From Amoeboaphelidium occidentale (Eukaryota), in NCBI GenBank assembly GCA_023515795.1, contig JALGPX010000040.1, positions 1 to 64,000 of the forward strand: 64,000 nucleotides of DNA. The letters are read 5' to 3'. This document shows, piece after piece, positions 33,027 to 45,132 of the stretch; the first letter of the stretch is position 1; the number at the start of each line of letters is the position of its first letter. The translations under genes and the position numbers were made by a program. The notes under the pieces are model-generated. The model was not told the DNA's origin and searched no databases. It saw only the letters and a list, made by a program, of their open reading frames with translations.

Positions 33027-34813
33027 TTACTTGCTTGACCAAGTTTCCTTTTGGTAACGACCTGATCTGATCAATTTTGATAAAAATAAATTGGCATCTT
33101 CCTGGCTGTATCCACCGTAAGTTTTGAAGATAGTTTTCAAAGCGTTATCGACATCATCAGGGAAATTCTTTGAACTGCCACAAAGTAGTATGTGAGCATT
33201 GTGCGAGTTTATCAATTCCCAGATTTCAGAGCCATTTTCTCTCATCAAGTGTTGCACATACACTTTGCTAAGACCATCTCTACTGAAGGCACAGTAAAGC
33301 TTTAATTTCCCTGCTGAAACGTAATCGTTCCATTCATTCTCATACAGATAATCTTTCGATCTATATCTGCACCCAAAGAACAAGACATTCTTGTCGCAAC
33401 CTTTACTTATTCTATCTTGAACGATGCTTCTTATTGGTGCTATTCCTAAACCTGCAGCAATGTATATAACAGGCTCGTTTGCATCAGCCATGCATCTCAA
33501 TTGTCCTTTGATAATCTCACCAGCAAAAGGTTGTCCTAAAGGCAAGGTTCTGCATAGCCAGGGAGTACAAACTCCAAATCGTCCATCTTTAAGAATTGTC
33601 TTAAATTCTACTACGCCCACAGTTACATCCAAGGTATTTGAATTCAATGGAGCACTACTTATAGAAAAGTCTCGTCCTTTCATGAAGGAAAGCAATTCAA
33701 CAGCATACTCTACAGGAACTTTAAGCGGAAGAAAATCTTTGATAATTTCAAATGCCGTTCTTTTGGCTCTCCAGCAATACTCGTACATCGCCTCTTGACC
33801 TTCTGAAGATCCAAATTCAACCAATTTCTGTTTGTGTATTTCTTCAACAGCAAAATGTGACAATAATTCAAAGAAGTATCTATCCCGCGGAACAGAGAGT
33901 GGCTCAGTAAACCTAAGCAATACATTTCTGAGAGTATCTACAATTATATCACCATCAGGTGTCTGATTATCCTCGATCCTAAACAAAGTGTCTTTCATAT
34001 CATTCCAATTTAAAATCGTTATCAACTCATCAACTTTCTGTTCATCATTCTCTGGATACACTCTCAAAACATCTCCAGGCGTGTATAACATTCCACCAGG
34101 GATCTGAATGCTCAAATGTCTAACGTCTTGAAAATGATCCTTTGCTGTCAATCTAACATTCTGTTTCAAAACAAGTCTCTTTTGGAACTTTGGTGGACAG
34201 GACACAATTTCTGAATTAGTACACTTTATCAAACGCATAGAAGGCTCCAGCAATTCGGTTTCAGGTATGATATCAAGGCCTTGAGGTGAAGGATATAAAT
34301 TCAACAGCTTTTCTTTAAACTCGTGAAGAAAAGGATCTAGGCCACCATAAAGACCCAAATAATGCTGATCATCACCGAGACTAAGTTCGAGTAACGCATC
34401 AGCGCCTAATTGTAACAGCCTTTTGTACAGTTTCTTCGCGACAAAGTTATACTGCTGATAGGAAGAATCACCCAAGCCAAAGACAAGAAACGTCAGACCT
34501 CTCAAAGTATCATTCGTATGACTTTTACGTAGCAACATTTTCCAGAAGGCCTTAAAAATTAATTACGAGAGAAGAACGCGATATTTACCTTCATATTATC
34601 CGGCTCATTTCCCTGTCCCGTAGTAGAAACCACAAACACGCAAGCAGAACCTTCCTCGCTCATCAACTCCTCAATACTTTTAACACTATCCAACGAAATA
34701 ACGTAAACAGCATCGAAACGCAGTCTTATCACCATGCGCCGTATCCCATTGGCCACTTCCTTTGCTGTTCCAGTTTGAGAACCATAAAAAATTCTGAGTA
34801 CTCGTTTGAGCAT
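33027..34813 (-). CDS. NDOR1: NADPH-dependent diflavin oxidoreductase 1 (Tah18), 2 exons
   Basis: Flavodoxin domain (YGSQTGTA, STTGQG.EPDNM, FGLGDSSY..YN), FAD domain (HFQDVRH, RDFSISS, GVCT) and NADPH domain (G.GIAP.RS, FFGCR, AFSRD, YVQH, ETW). Intron 34588-34551. Confidence 0.93.
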
Positions 34814-34828
34814 TTAGAAGAAATGAAA

Positions 34829-35507
34829 TCAAAGTTTATTGGTTCCAAGTAGGGAATTATGTAATGGATTCTTCATGGATTCCTTCACTAATGCACTGAT
34901 ATCTTTAAACTTCTCAGCCTTCGCATCCATCATCAACTCAAACAGTAACGAGTCTGACGTTGTGATAACGCAGCCACTAGCACGCATTCTCTATCGCAAA
35001 GTTAAACACGCCAGCATAAACAAACCTCCAAAGCTATCGGAACCTCTTCGCGATTGCCCGAGGAAACACCATCCGCTACAACGAACACATTCAAACCATT
35101 TTCCCTCAAATCGAGGGCTGTTTGAAGGACACAGACATGCGACTATTTCAGAAGTTACCAAAAAGCCTAAATAATAAACTCACCTCAATACCGAATAACA
35201 CAACTGAATCTGCTTTCAATTGCTCGCGTGTGACCTTCTGCACAGACTCTGTCCACATTGAGAACTTTGTCTTCTGGTCTACCAATGCAGCTCTCTGGAC
35301 ATTCAACTCCTTGACTATGTTTCCTAATGCCTTTGGGTATTGCTCTGTTACAACCAGAGGAATATCAAGAATCTCTGCAGCCTTCAGCAACTTATCAGCC
35401 GTGTGAACAACAGCCGGGAAGTTGTGAATTATTGGACGGAAGCGTTCTTGGATGTCACACAGGAAGAAGACCGGTTTGACTCTTGCTAAGCGTTTAATGG
35501 CAGACAT
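34829..35507 (-). CDS. Isochorismatase-domain protein (ISOC2/YcaC-like), 3 exons
   Basis: FFLCDIQERFRP, VTEQYPKALG, KTKFSM, GIE|SHVCVLQTALDL, ADGVSS. Ends ...LGTNKL*. Confidence 0.88.
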
Positions 35508-35538
35508 TCTAATTTGAAAAAATATATTTGTTTCATAA

Positions 35539-36156
35539 TTATTCGTCTTTGCTTCTGTCATGGCCTGGTTGATACTTTGCAGCCCAGGGCCCAGACTCTG
35601 TGTTAAAAGCAAACGCAGCAATCAATGAAGCCAGCGTGATGACCTGAGCAGATATACGCGCTTCACCAAACTTTGCGACAGAATTCTTGTGAGGATCTGA
35701 AAAGTTCCTGTATAGAATCGTTCCTAATGTTCCTGCCCATGCTGTAAAGAGCAACTTGAATCTGTTGGCCCATGCAAACTCCTTCATAATCTCACCTTTA
35801 GACAGCGCATGAATCTTTTCCTTCTCTGCTTCTGATAATTTACCAAAACCAGACAATTCTGGTCGATCCATGAAACGATAGTAGTGGACCATTGCCCAGT
35901 CAGATGTTAAACTGAAACCAACAGCTGCACCAGAGAAAACTAAGAATGCTCTGGCTGATACGTTCGTGTAATTTCTGAACCACGGCGAAAAGCGATTCAA
36001 AGCCAATACAGAACCACCTGTCAAAAGTGTCCCTGCGATCATTCCCTTCGCAGCCTCTCTGGTGACGTACTGATACATTTCAGAATTGTCTACGGACTTG
36101 AGGAAAATGTTTTTGTCCTTTTCAATTGCAGCGCCTTGACCTCTTGAAGAACTCAT
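35539..36156 (-). CDS. RCF2: Respiratory supercomplex factor 2-like (HIG1-domain mitochondrial membrane protein)
   Basis: Two N-terminal TMs (EAAKGMIAG...RFSPWFRNYT..ARAFL) and a C-terminal HIG1 domain (NRFKLLFTAWAG...ARISAQVITLA). Confidence 0.78.
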   Translation of the reverse strand: MSSSRGQGAAIEKDKNIFLKSVDNSEMYQYVTREAAKGMIAGTLLTGGSVLALNRFSPWFRNYTNVSARAFLVFSGAAVGFSLTSDWAMVHYYRFMDRPELSGFGKLSEAEKEKIHALSKGEIMKEFAWANRFKLLFTAWAGTLGTILYRNFSDPHKNSVAKFGEARISAQVITLASLIAAFAFNTESGPWAAKYQPGHDRSKDE

Positions 36157-36465
36157 TGAAGATTTCTATAAAAAAAGATTTGGTTAGGCGATCGCAGTTT
36201 CACATGTGATCGAGTCAAATTTCGTCATAGGCCGCAAGAAACGCACTTAACAATCTGACGCGGTAACTGCATGATCTGTGGTAAGATGTAGCTTGAATAG
36301 CCTATCCAGGGCTGCGATGTGTCCGTGGGATGTTGCAGTGTTTCGCATTTGAGCGCGCCATCTATACTCGCTTACTTCACAGCTATTATCTCCAAATAAC
36401 TAGCGGAGACATTAAGTGCGAATGCTTAAAGTCTAAACTTATTTCGCGTCGCTTTGTTTCTAAGA

Positions 36466-36744
36466 ATGACTTTGGATTCCGAACAAAAGAAACCTGAACG
36501 GGAATCAGAGGACACTTTAAAAGAATTGGGCCTGGAATCTCTTATCGATCCAAATCTTCCACTGACACCGGCCGTCTGGGAAAAGGCTCTTGAGGCTGTG
36601 CAGAATGCTGAGGAATTATTGGATAGACTGGAATCACAGGCAGACGCTACAATTAAGCAGATTGACTCTTTACTCGCACAATACGACACCTCTGAGGCAT
36701 CAGCAGCAGACAAGGAAGACGCCACCAAAGACGAAATTAATTAA
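36466..36744 (+). CDS. Small acidic coiled-coil hypothetical protein (92 aa)
   Basis: ORF from ATG 36466 with a heptad-like helix (AEELLDRLESQADATIKQIDSLL). Only loosely reminiscent of UPF0184/bublin. Confidence 0.55.
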   Translation: MTLDSEQKKPERESEDTLKELGLESLIDPNLPLTPAVWEKALEAVQNAEELLDRLESQADATIKQIDSLLAQYDTSEASAADKEDATKDEIN

Positions 36745-37370
36745 TAAACTGATTTAATTCGAGTTCATTTCTATATGTCTGAGTTTTATTGCGGGTATTA
36801 TAATGTAGTCTGATTAGCACAACAACCTCTTGGTTAACTTACTTTAGGTTTGACACGATGTGCAGAAACAGTGTTAAAAGATACGCGTACTGCCATCGCC
36901 ATTCGCTGATACTTCCGGTGAGCATGGGTGAGTAGAACCATATGATCATTCCATAGAAACTTACGTTTATGAGTTTTGCTATTGAGCACTTACCAACCTT
37001 CAACTTTGAGCTAATTTGGTCAGTCTGAATGATCATTAGCGTGAAGATTACCTTAACGGAAACTTTGATACTTCAATGAGAAAGTCTAAAACTGAGTTAA
37101 AAGTCAGCACGGATATTGTAAAGTGCAGAGCTAAAAGTAACATGAACATGATCCTGGATGATCACGCAGAGAAACATGTTGAAACATACCTGAAGAGTAC
37201 TTGATCAACAATTGACGCATTCAAATTGAGTAAAGATTCTATTCCGAGTAGAATTGTGAGCGCATTACGAAACAATACGAACATTCTATTGATAATAACA
37301 AGAACAATCTGTGGCGTAAGATTGATCTGCACAAGTTCACATGTAGAATCCAATGGAAGTAATTCGCCAT
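36737..37370 (-). CDS. Five-exon hydrophobic membrane protein of unknown function (163 aa)
   Basis: Exons 37370-37341, 37308-37190, 37153-37052, 37010-36843 and 36809-36737. Four GT-AG introns of 32, 36, 41 and 33 nt give one continuous frame. Confidence 0.6.
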
Positions 37371-37449
37371 CAGAAGTAAAATGGGAATATCATGAAACCA
37401 GAAACTGTCTGACTTGAAACCGCGACCCTGAAGAGATTTCCGTTCGATC

Positions 37450-38365
37450 ATGTTGAAGTTGCTGGCTAGAAATTACTCTGCTGCTGCGGTTGGAAGTCAA
37501 AAGAAGAAAATTTCCATTATTGGCGCTGGTCTTATGGGAAGCGGAATTGCCCAAGTCGCCGCTATGAATGGTTACGCAGTTACTCTTGTGGACTTATCAG
37601 AAAAGTCTTTGGCTAAGGGAAAACAGTCCATCGAGAAGTCTCTAACAAAACTGTCTGCTAAGCAACCAGCCCTGAACGTTAAAGATATTTTGGGCTCAAT
37701 TGAGTTTACCGGTGAAGTCGCAAAAGCAAAGAATTCTTTTCTGGTGGTCGAAGCCGTTGTTGAGAATGTCAAAGTTAAGCGTGAACTGTTTCAGCAGCTC
37801 AAGACAATCGCACCGTCTGCTCTTCTGTGCTCGAATACTTCATCGATTCCTATTAAGGAAATCGGAAGTGGAATTTATGGTTTGCATTTCTTTAATCCTG
37901 TGCCATCAATGAAACTTGTTGAAGTTATTTCTGATTCTAGTGATCGTTTGAATGAATTGGTTCAGTTTGTCAAGAGCATTGGGAAAGTTCCTGTCGTTTG
38001 TAAAGATACGCCTGGTTTCATTGTAAATCGTTTATTAGTTCCGTATTTATTGGAAAGTATCAGATTATTGGAGCGTGGTGATGCAAAGATGGAAGATATT
38101 GACACTGCCATGAAACTTGGAGCAGGATATCCTATGGGTAATATTATCTTCATTGTTAAATTTATGTTTAGGTCCATTTGAATTGGCTGATTTCGTTGGT
38201 TTGGATACGCTAAAGTTCATTTGCGATGGTTGGTACAGTCAATCGCAGCATTTGAAAGGAAATGATTTAGTCAAGACTCCTAAGCTGCTTAATGAAATGG
38301 TTAAACAAGGAAAGCTAGGAAAGAAGAGTGGATCAGGGTTCTACGATTATTCACAAACGAAATAA
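37450..38365 (+). CDS. HADH: Mitochondrial short-chain 3-hydroxyacyl-CoA dehydrogenase, 2 exons
   Basis: IGAGLMGSGIAQV, VEAVVEN, SNTSS, GLHFFNPV, DTPGFIVNRLL and GAGYPMG|PFELADFVGLDT. Intron 38138-38171. Confidence 0.94.
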
Positions 38366-38385
38366 AGCCACTTTATTAATCGTAT

Positions 38386-40374
38386 TCAATCCAAATCTTG
38401 TTGTCGCTTCCACATGTCAGCATAGACTCCATTACGAGCCAAAAGTTGAGCATGATTACCTTGTTCAATTACTGTTCCTGCTTTTTCTCCTTGTGCAGTT
38501 CCTCCTAATACAATAATATCATCAGAATCAGATATTGTGCTTAGTCTATGAGCAATCATTAGAGATGTTCTTGATTTGCCATCGCTCTTGGATAATTCTG
38601 AAACATTATCAAGAATTATATGTTCTGTCGCTGAATCTAATGCAGCTGTTGGTTCATCAAAGAACATTATTGGCGAGTTTCTGAGAAAGAGTCTTGCTAA
38701 TGCTACACGTTGTCTTTCTCCTCCAGATAACTTCAGACCGCGTTCTCCCACTTCTGTATCGTATCCTTTTGGGAGCTTTTCAATAAATGATTGTAAATGA
38801 GCTTTTCTTGCTGCTTCGTATACTTGCTCAGGGGAAACTTGCGGATTTCCGTAAGCAATATTATAATACAATGTTTCGTTAAACAGCGAGTTATCTTGAG
38901 CTGCTACTCCAATACTCTTTCGCCATGAGTCCAAATTGTATTGATGGAGTGGCATACCATTCACTTTGATCTCGCCTGAAACTGGGTCATAGAATCTGTA
39001 CAAGAGTCTGAGTATAGTTGTTTTTCCTGAACCGCTACCTCCGACAAATGCAACTTTAGTTCCTCTCTTGATTGAAAAAGATACGCCTTTCAGTACATTT
39101 TGCGGTCTTCCTTCAACATCGTAGCCAAAAGAAACATTGTTGAATGTAATAAAGTTATCCACTTTTGAGGAATCTATATCAAACATTACAGGATTCTCAG
39201 CAGGTGTTTTGACTTTGGATTGCACTTTCTCTAGTGCAAATAAAACCCTCATATCTATAAGACTTTGTTTCAGTTCTCTATAAACCGTTCCAAGGAAGTT
39301 TAAGGGCAAACTCAACTGAAATATCAATCCATTCACCATCACAATATCACCAACGGTATAATTTCCTTCTACAACTCCGTTAGATGCCATGATCATCATT
39401 GCAGTCATTGCAACACTGAATATAGCATTCTGGCCAATATTTAACATTGCAAGAGAACTCGAGGTCTTCAATGCACCTTGCTCATACTTTTTCAAATGAT
39501 CGTCGTATTGTTTAACTTCGTATTCTTCATTGTTAAAGTACTTTACAGTTTCGTAATTCATTAAGGTATCAATAGACTTTGTTGCAGCAGCATTATCAGC
39601 AGCATTCATGTCTTTCCTGAAACGTGTTCTCCATTGAGTAACAGCTGTTGTAAATATTCCGTACGCCATAACTGAAGACACTGTCGCTACAGCAAATTTG
39701 GGCCCATACTGGTATGTGAGTATTCCTGAGACTAGCGATATCTCGAGAACCGTCGGAAAGATGTGAAACACCATTGAAGATAGCAGGAACGATATTCCTT
39801 TAGTGCCTCTGTCGATAGCACGAGCAACACCGCCCGTCTGTCTTGAAAGATGCCACGATAAATCCAAGTTCAGCAAATGTCTGAAAACGTCTAGAGCAAC
39901 ACTTCGAATACCAGACTGAGCCACATGAGCAAACACAACATTCTTCCATTCAGAGAACATTGACGCAGACAACCGAGCAGCACCGTATCCCATCAGAATT
40001 GTACCTGCGCCCACAAACAGCGAATTTGAGGAGGTCACTTCGACTGGCGCAGTGTTTAAATTATCAATCGCGAGCTTGAACAGAATCGGCACTTGAACAT
40101 TCAGAACTTTTCCAGCCAACAGTAAAGACAATGCAGTAAGGACTCGACCTTTTGCTTTTGTATTTCCTTTAGGCCAAATGTATTTCGATAAACTACGGAT
40201 CTGCTTTAAATCAGATTCTTCCTTCGATTGTTCTTGCTCATCCAAAGCTTTCAAAGTGCCTGTGGGTTTTGATAACGGCGATGAAGCGCTCCTGTAAGCG
40301 TGAACGTATCGGTACCGTGTTATGCCCAAACTGAGTGCTTCAGTGAATGCACTGCGATGAAGTCTTGTCAACAT
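38386..40374 (-). CDS. ATM1: Mitochondrial Fe-S precursor ABC exporter (Atm1/ABCB7)
   Basis: Presequence-like N-terminus, [58 protein letters not shown], and an NBD with GGSGSGKT and LSGGE. Confidence 0.95.
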   Translation of the reverse strand: MLTRLHRSAFTEALSLGITRYRYVHAYRSASSPLSKPTGTLKALDEQEQSKEESDLKQIRSLSKYIWPKGNTKAKGRVLTALSLLLAGKVLNVQVPILFKLAIDNLNTAPVEVTSSNSLFVGAGTILMGYGAARLSASMFSEWKNVVFAHVAQSGIRSVALDVFRHLLNLDLSWHLSRQTGGVARAIDRGTKGISFLLSSMVFHIFPTVLEISLVSGILTYQYGPKFAVATVSSVMAYGIFTTAVTQWRTRFRKDMNAADNAAATKSIDTLMNYETVKYFNNEEYEVKQYDDHLKKYEQGALKTSSSLAMLNIGQNAIFSVAMTAMMIMASNGVVEGNYTVGDIVMVNGLIFQLSLPLNFLGTVYRELKQSLIDMRVLFALEKVQSKVKTPAENPVMFDIDSSKVDNFITFNNVSFGYDVEGRPQNVLKGVSFSIKRGTKVAFVGGSGSGKTTILRLLYRFYDPVSGEIKVNGMPLHQYNLDSWRKSIGVAAQDNSLFNETLYYNIAYGNPQVSPEQVYEAARKAHLQSFIEKLPKGYDTEVGERGLKLSGGERQRVALARLFLRNSPIMFFDEPTAALDSATEHIILDNVSELSKSDGKSRTSLMIAHRLSTISDSDDIIVLGGTAQGEKAGTVIEQGNHAQLLARNGVYADMWKRQQDLD

Positions 40375-40422
40375 TCTGTGAAATCACGTAATTATCTATT
40401 GAGTTTCAAGTGCGTCTTTGGT

Positions 40423-42211
40423 TCAGATAATTCTTCTTGAGTTGCCAGAACTGCCATGTCTTCTTCCAGGAATATTGAATGCCCTAATACGCGATTTAAG
40501 CATCTCCAAACCCAATAATTCCATAGGAGAAGGAACATGTAAGCCAAGAGGTAATAAAGATGTATCATTTGAGAATGGATAATATGGAACTGGTAGAGGC
40601 AATTCGGAGCTTCCGTCTTCATCTAAACCATGTTGTTCGAGTGAAGGCATGTCTACACTATCCCAAATAATACCCCCAAAGCTCATGATTGTTTGTATGG
40701 CGAATATTTGAGACTCAGAGCACGCATAATGAATAGGTAGCCAGCCGTTTTGTAAGTTTAACTCGTTGTTTGGGTCTAATCTTCCTCTAAGAATTAGCAT
40801 TTCAATTGCACTGATGNNNNNNNNNNNNNNNNNNNATGATTGTTTGTATGGCGAATATTTGAGACTCAGAGCACGCATAATGAATAGGCAGCCAGCCGTT
40901 TTGTAAGTTTAACTCGTTGTTTGGGTCTAATCTTCCTCTAAGAATTAGCATTTCAATTGCACTGATGTCTCCCCAAAAGCACGCAGTGTGAAGTGGACGC
41001 ATTCCTGTTGAAGGTTCAGGCATGTGAGGATCTGCACCGTACATCAACAATAGTTTCAACACTTGATCATGAACAAGAGTCTTCTTGTCTACAGCAGGAG
41101 AGCAAACCGTGTTTTTGCTGTCAGTTATGTCTTCCTCTTGCATTCCAATTCCTTCATCGTCAGAATGATCAGAATCTTCATCTGAGCCAATTTCAGTAAT
41201 TGAAGCAACCACAGGAACATTCCAATGACGATCAGATGTTCTTTGACGATGATAAGCAGATAATGCTTCAGGATCTCTTCTATCCAAATGGAACTTACTA
41301 GAAACAATATGCAAAATAGAATAACCTCTTCTACACGAATTAGGATTACCATGATTCTGTAAGAGACACTCTAACACCTCTGGATGAGACCTTGCAGCCA
41401 AGATAATAGCATTCTCACAGTAATCATTCTCTTCGTTAACGTAATCTTTCATAGATTTTCCAACACCATTAACGCGCGCAGAATGCTCGTATTCCTCCAG
41501 TATCAAACGAACCAGAGAAAGTTGACCATGCTGAGACGCTTCAGCCAAACAAGTATTACCAACACGGCCTTTAAGCCAAACATTTGCGCCTGCTCCCAAA
41601 AGAACTTGAGCTGTTTTCAATTGATCATCTTCAGAGTATCCTTCCGGGCGAATGCAAATGTAGTGAAGCGGAGTATTCGGCTCATCATTGATCAAATGGA
41701 CCAGTTTGCAGGAAGCATTTTGTGGCTTGAGGTGGAGGTACATTTTGCATTCTTCATTGTAGACACTTTCAGTCCATTTGTAATTGTAGTTCTGTTCCGT
41801 TCTGATAAAACGCGAAACTATTTCATACATTCCGTTCGATGCAGCCAAATGTATCGGAGTATTAGATGGGCAGACATCATCGATCTGTCCATTGTTGTTT
41901 GTCTCAAGACGTGCCTGAGTAGAATCAACAGGCTTGTCACGATGAAACGTGTAGGAGTAACGAGGATGAATGAACGGAAACAGGAACGTAGCGAATAAGC
42001 GTTGTCGGTAGTACAGCTCAAAGAACTTTGTAGTGTTGTAGAAAATGAAGGGTTTATCCATCAGGATCAGATTGTAGTATTTGATACATGTGCATTGCAA
42101 CCGAGCGAGATCTCGTAAACCTAAAAACGAAATAACTTCCATCAAAAGCTCAATAGGAAGCGAATCTAAATAATTCGGTCCCTTCGTTTCCAGTATCATT
42201 GAAATTGCCAT
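40423..42211 (-). CDS. F-box + ankyrin-repeat protein, split by an assembly gap
   Basis: F-box LDSLPIELLMEVISFLGLRDLARLQCTC. Ankyrin repeats TPIHLAASNG, TPLHYIC, TCLAEASQHGQL and RPLHTACFWG. The two ORF-track pieces overlap through the gap duplication. Confidence 0.85.
40685..40967. repeat. 132-bp duplication flanking an N-gap (40685-40816 / 40836-40967); assembly artefact
   Basis: Copies differ by one visible substitution (ataggtag/ataggcag) around N40817-40835. Confidence 0.85.
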
Positions 42212-42494
42212 CGCAGCAAAAAGCAGTTGAAGATGATGAGGAAAAACTGGCTAAAGGGGCTTTTCACAGCACAGGGTTTAGATACGCACACTGTATAAAA
42301 ACGGCAAAATAATCAAACTAGAGGTTTAGTTATCGTACAAAGTTTATTTATTTAGAAAATTATAGTAGATCAACCATATCACGTCGTAATCTCGCGTGTT
42401 TGAACCTTCATACAACATGGCATTGATTTTGTCAACAATGTTGATATTGCCCCTGACTCAAAATATAAAAACAATCTCTTCATAGATCCAAGTT

Positions 42495-43415
42495 TCATAT
42501 CAAGTGGACCTGCTGGTCAATACCATCGTGATATTCTACAACTTCCAGGTGATCGGATTTTCGGAGCAACAATTCCCGATGCAAACGCCTGTGCATTGAC
42601 CTGAGCATTAGAGCAACTCTAAATAGACCCAAAATCGCCACGAATATCATCACAAGAATTGAGGCTGTGCTATTATCACCACGAAAGTTGAGCACAATGC
42701 CGATATTGGCAAACGATCCCAAACCTGTTAGAAGCAAACCCATTGCGATAGTATAAAGCCATCCCTCAACAAATATGTGATAATCAAACAATATAAAGCA
42801 GACACCATTCGGAATCTTTGTTATCCACCCAATTTCTTCCCGTTCTATCATCTTTTCGATTGAAGACTCAAGAAAGTAGACCCCAATGAAACCAGAAGTA
42901 ACAATGATGCAAGATAGAATGCTGACATGAACAAACAAAGAAATAAGACTCGCGTCAACCTTTTCCGTTATGAACCCCACCATTGAGTCTTCTCGTTTCG
43001 TAACCGCGAACAAGTACGGTGTCCTGCACATATCACATCGAGCATATGTTGGTCTCATTCTGTTTATGCCACGCCATTGTTTTAAGCATTCCCTGTGTAC
43101 ATACTTCATTGAACCACAGCATTTACATGGCGAGAACATTTGACCTTCTGTATCAAGACATATGCGACATATTCTCGCATTTTGATGTTCTTTTACAGGC
43201 GTCTTTGGTTCAGGTTTCTGGAGCGGTGGCAGACCATCCAGAATCTGCTGTAATGGAGTATCGTCATCAGGATCATACTTGGTTTCATGCGGTTCTGGTG
43301 TATGCAGATTCTGACTTGTTTCAGTTACAAATTGATCTTCATTACGCTCCAATATAATCGTCCCACTTGGCGTAAACAGAAATCTTCGCTTCTCGTCGTA
43401 TCGTGGCGATGTCAT
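42495..43415 (-). CDS. Membrane-associated RING-CH (MARCH-type) E3 ubiquitin ligase
   Basis: C4HC3 RINGv domain CRICL...SPCKCCGSMKYVHRECLKQW...CDMC, followed by about 3 hydrophobic segments. First ATG at 43415. Confidence 0.88.
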   Translation of the reverse strand: MTSPRYDEKRRFLFTPSGTIILERNEDQFVTETSQNLHTPEPHETKYDPDDDTPLQQILDGLPPLQKPEPKTPVKEHQNARICRICLDTEGQMFSPCKCCGSMKYVHRECLKQWRGINRMRPTYARCDMCRTPYLFAVTKREDSMVGFITEKVDASLISLFVHVSILSCIIVTSGFIGVYFLESSIEKMIEREEIGWITKIPNGVCFILFDYHIFVEGWLYTIAMGLLLTGLGSFANIGIVLNFRGDNSTASILVMIFVAILGLFRVALMLRSMHRRLHRELLLRKSDHLEVVEYHDGIDQQVHLI

Positions 43416-43628
43416 TGAAATGTAGAATGGAAAGCTGATGACCAGAAATTGGAAGAATTGACTGGTCAATCAGCGATCGCACAATCTTCTGGACTTTGGT
43501 GTGGTTTCAAATCGGTAAAATACGGAATCCTTCTCGAAAGAAGGCTGGTAGCAACAAGTTTCGTGACATATCGTTCGCTTTAGAAGTTAAAACATTCTTG
43601 TTTTGTCTCGATTTCAGATTGACATTCA

Positions 43629-45024
43629 ATGGAAGACGATATTCTATTCTTCAATGGTTTTCGTAACCCAGAGCCTAATGCGCCTCCTCTAGTAAGGAAT
43701 GATCGCACAACTCTGAATGATACTGGGAATGGTATACTAAGGACAAGTTCAAACCATGGGAGTAATTCATCGTTACCGCTCAAAAGTGATACTGCTATCG
43801 GGAGAAGGAGTCTTACTGAACTTGATCTTCAACTGAGCAATGACCCAATAAGGAATCGATCTGGTCATTTTGAACAGGAGTCACATAGTAGAATGGAAGG
43901 ACAACCTCCTGAGAGAAGATCAATCATCAGAGGCCGGGAGTCAAGCACCACCAAACTCTTGCAGGATAATGAGACTTCATTCATGTTCAAGATTAATGTT
44001 CAAGTTGATAAAGATCTTGCTGGATACTTGTTCAAACATAACAACTATGTAATCAGTTCAAGCCTTGGTACTGTGAAACGACGATATAGTGATTTTCTTG
44101 CACTGAAAGAGTATCTGATAGCAAAATATCCTGGCAGAACTATTCCCTCTCTTCCGCCGAAGAAGATATTAGGTGGGAATGATGATGCTTTTCTTCTGAG
44201 ACGAAGCAAAGGCTTGGAGCGTTTTCTTCAGATTACAGCAAACCATCCTTTGCTCAGCGCAGATAATTATTGGAAAGCTTTTATTACAGCATCAGAAGAG
44301 TTTGAAAAGGTGAAGAAACCTAATATCAAGGAAATTGTTAGTGCCATGTCGGAAAGTGGGATTCCGTTTGATAAGACTACATATGACGCTAAGAGAAAGA
44401 ACAATTCTAGACAATTGGAGTTGATAGAGAGCTTAATTATTCTGCTAGAGAATGAATGTGAAATTTTGAGTAAGCAAAGTCTCAACCATAAGAAAATATC
44501 AAAATGCTTGGAGACGTTATCACACGAAACTGAGGATTCAAACCTAAAAGGAAAACACAATCAAGTAATGCAGAAAGCGTCCGAATCGCATTTAACATCT
44601 TTAGGTTGCACAGTTTAGTTTATCTTTGAGTGAATGCTTTGAAGACAAGGCAAAGTATACACTTAATGTTGTTCTGGAAAATATCAAGAAGATGAGAGAT
44701 ATTGTCAAAGCGTTTGAGAAAATGAGCGCCAGAGTAGAAACTTTACATTCAAATTACTCCAAAGAGATAAAAGCAGCTGAGAACAAAGTTGCGGAATATC
44801 AAGGCACTAATGGCAGTCATGATAAGAGAAAAGCTGAAGCAGATTTGCTCACGGCTAAAGCAAAGATGTCTAATTTATGGTTAACGTTTCAAGAAGAATG
44901 TAACATATTAGCATCTACGAAACATGTTTTTGTATTTGCTTATCAGAAACTATCTACGGCTTCTGCATTCGACCAAAAAGTTGCCAGTCTATTACTGAGA
45001 CTTCACGACCTATTACAAGAATAA
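43629..45024 (+). CDS. MVP1: PX-BAR sorting nexin, Mvp1/SNX8-like, 2 exons
   Basis: GYLFKHNNY...VKRRYSDF..L.EYL..KYP.R.IPSLPPK and FLLRRSKGLERFL...NHP.L. Intron 44565-44604 joins the helical BAR-like part. Confidence 0.78.
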
Positions 45025-45132
45025 AGTTGTCAATTTAATCCCGTGAAACGCTTAAAGTTTGGACGTCTAGAGATTCTAACGTTGCTACGGTCTTGTTTCA
45101 ACATCGCTTTGGAATTCAATCTGTAACTGAAT

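Noticed and set aside
33027..40374. Fe-S biogenesis 'cluster' (NDOR1/TAH18 near ATM1; MTM1 further left)
   Set aside because: The genes are separated by unrelated ones, and proximity is readily explained by gene density.
40817..40835. F-box-ankyrin gene looks frameshifted or pseudogenised
   Set aside because: The break coincides with the N-gap and the 132-bp duplication; merging the copies restores one ORF.
41384..41998. 204-aa plus-strand ORF (and many other 60-125-aa ORFs inside genes)
   Set aside because: These are antisense or alternate-frame shadows of well-supported genes, with no recognisable motifs.
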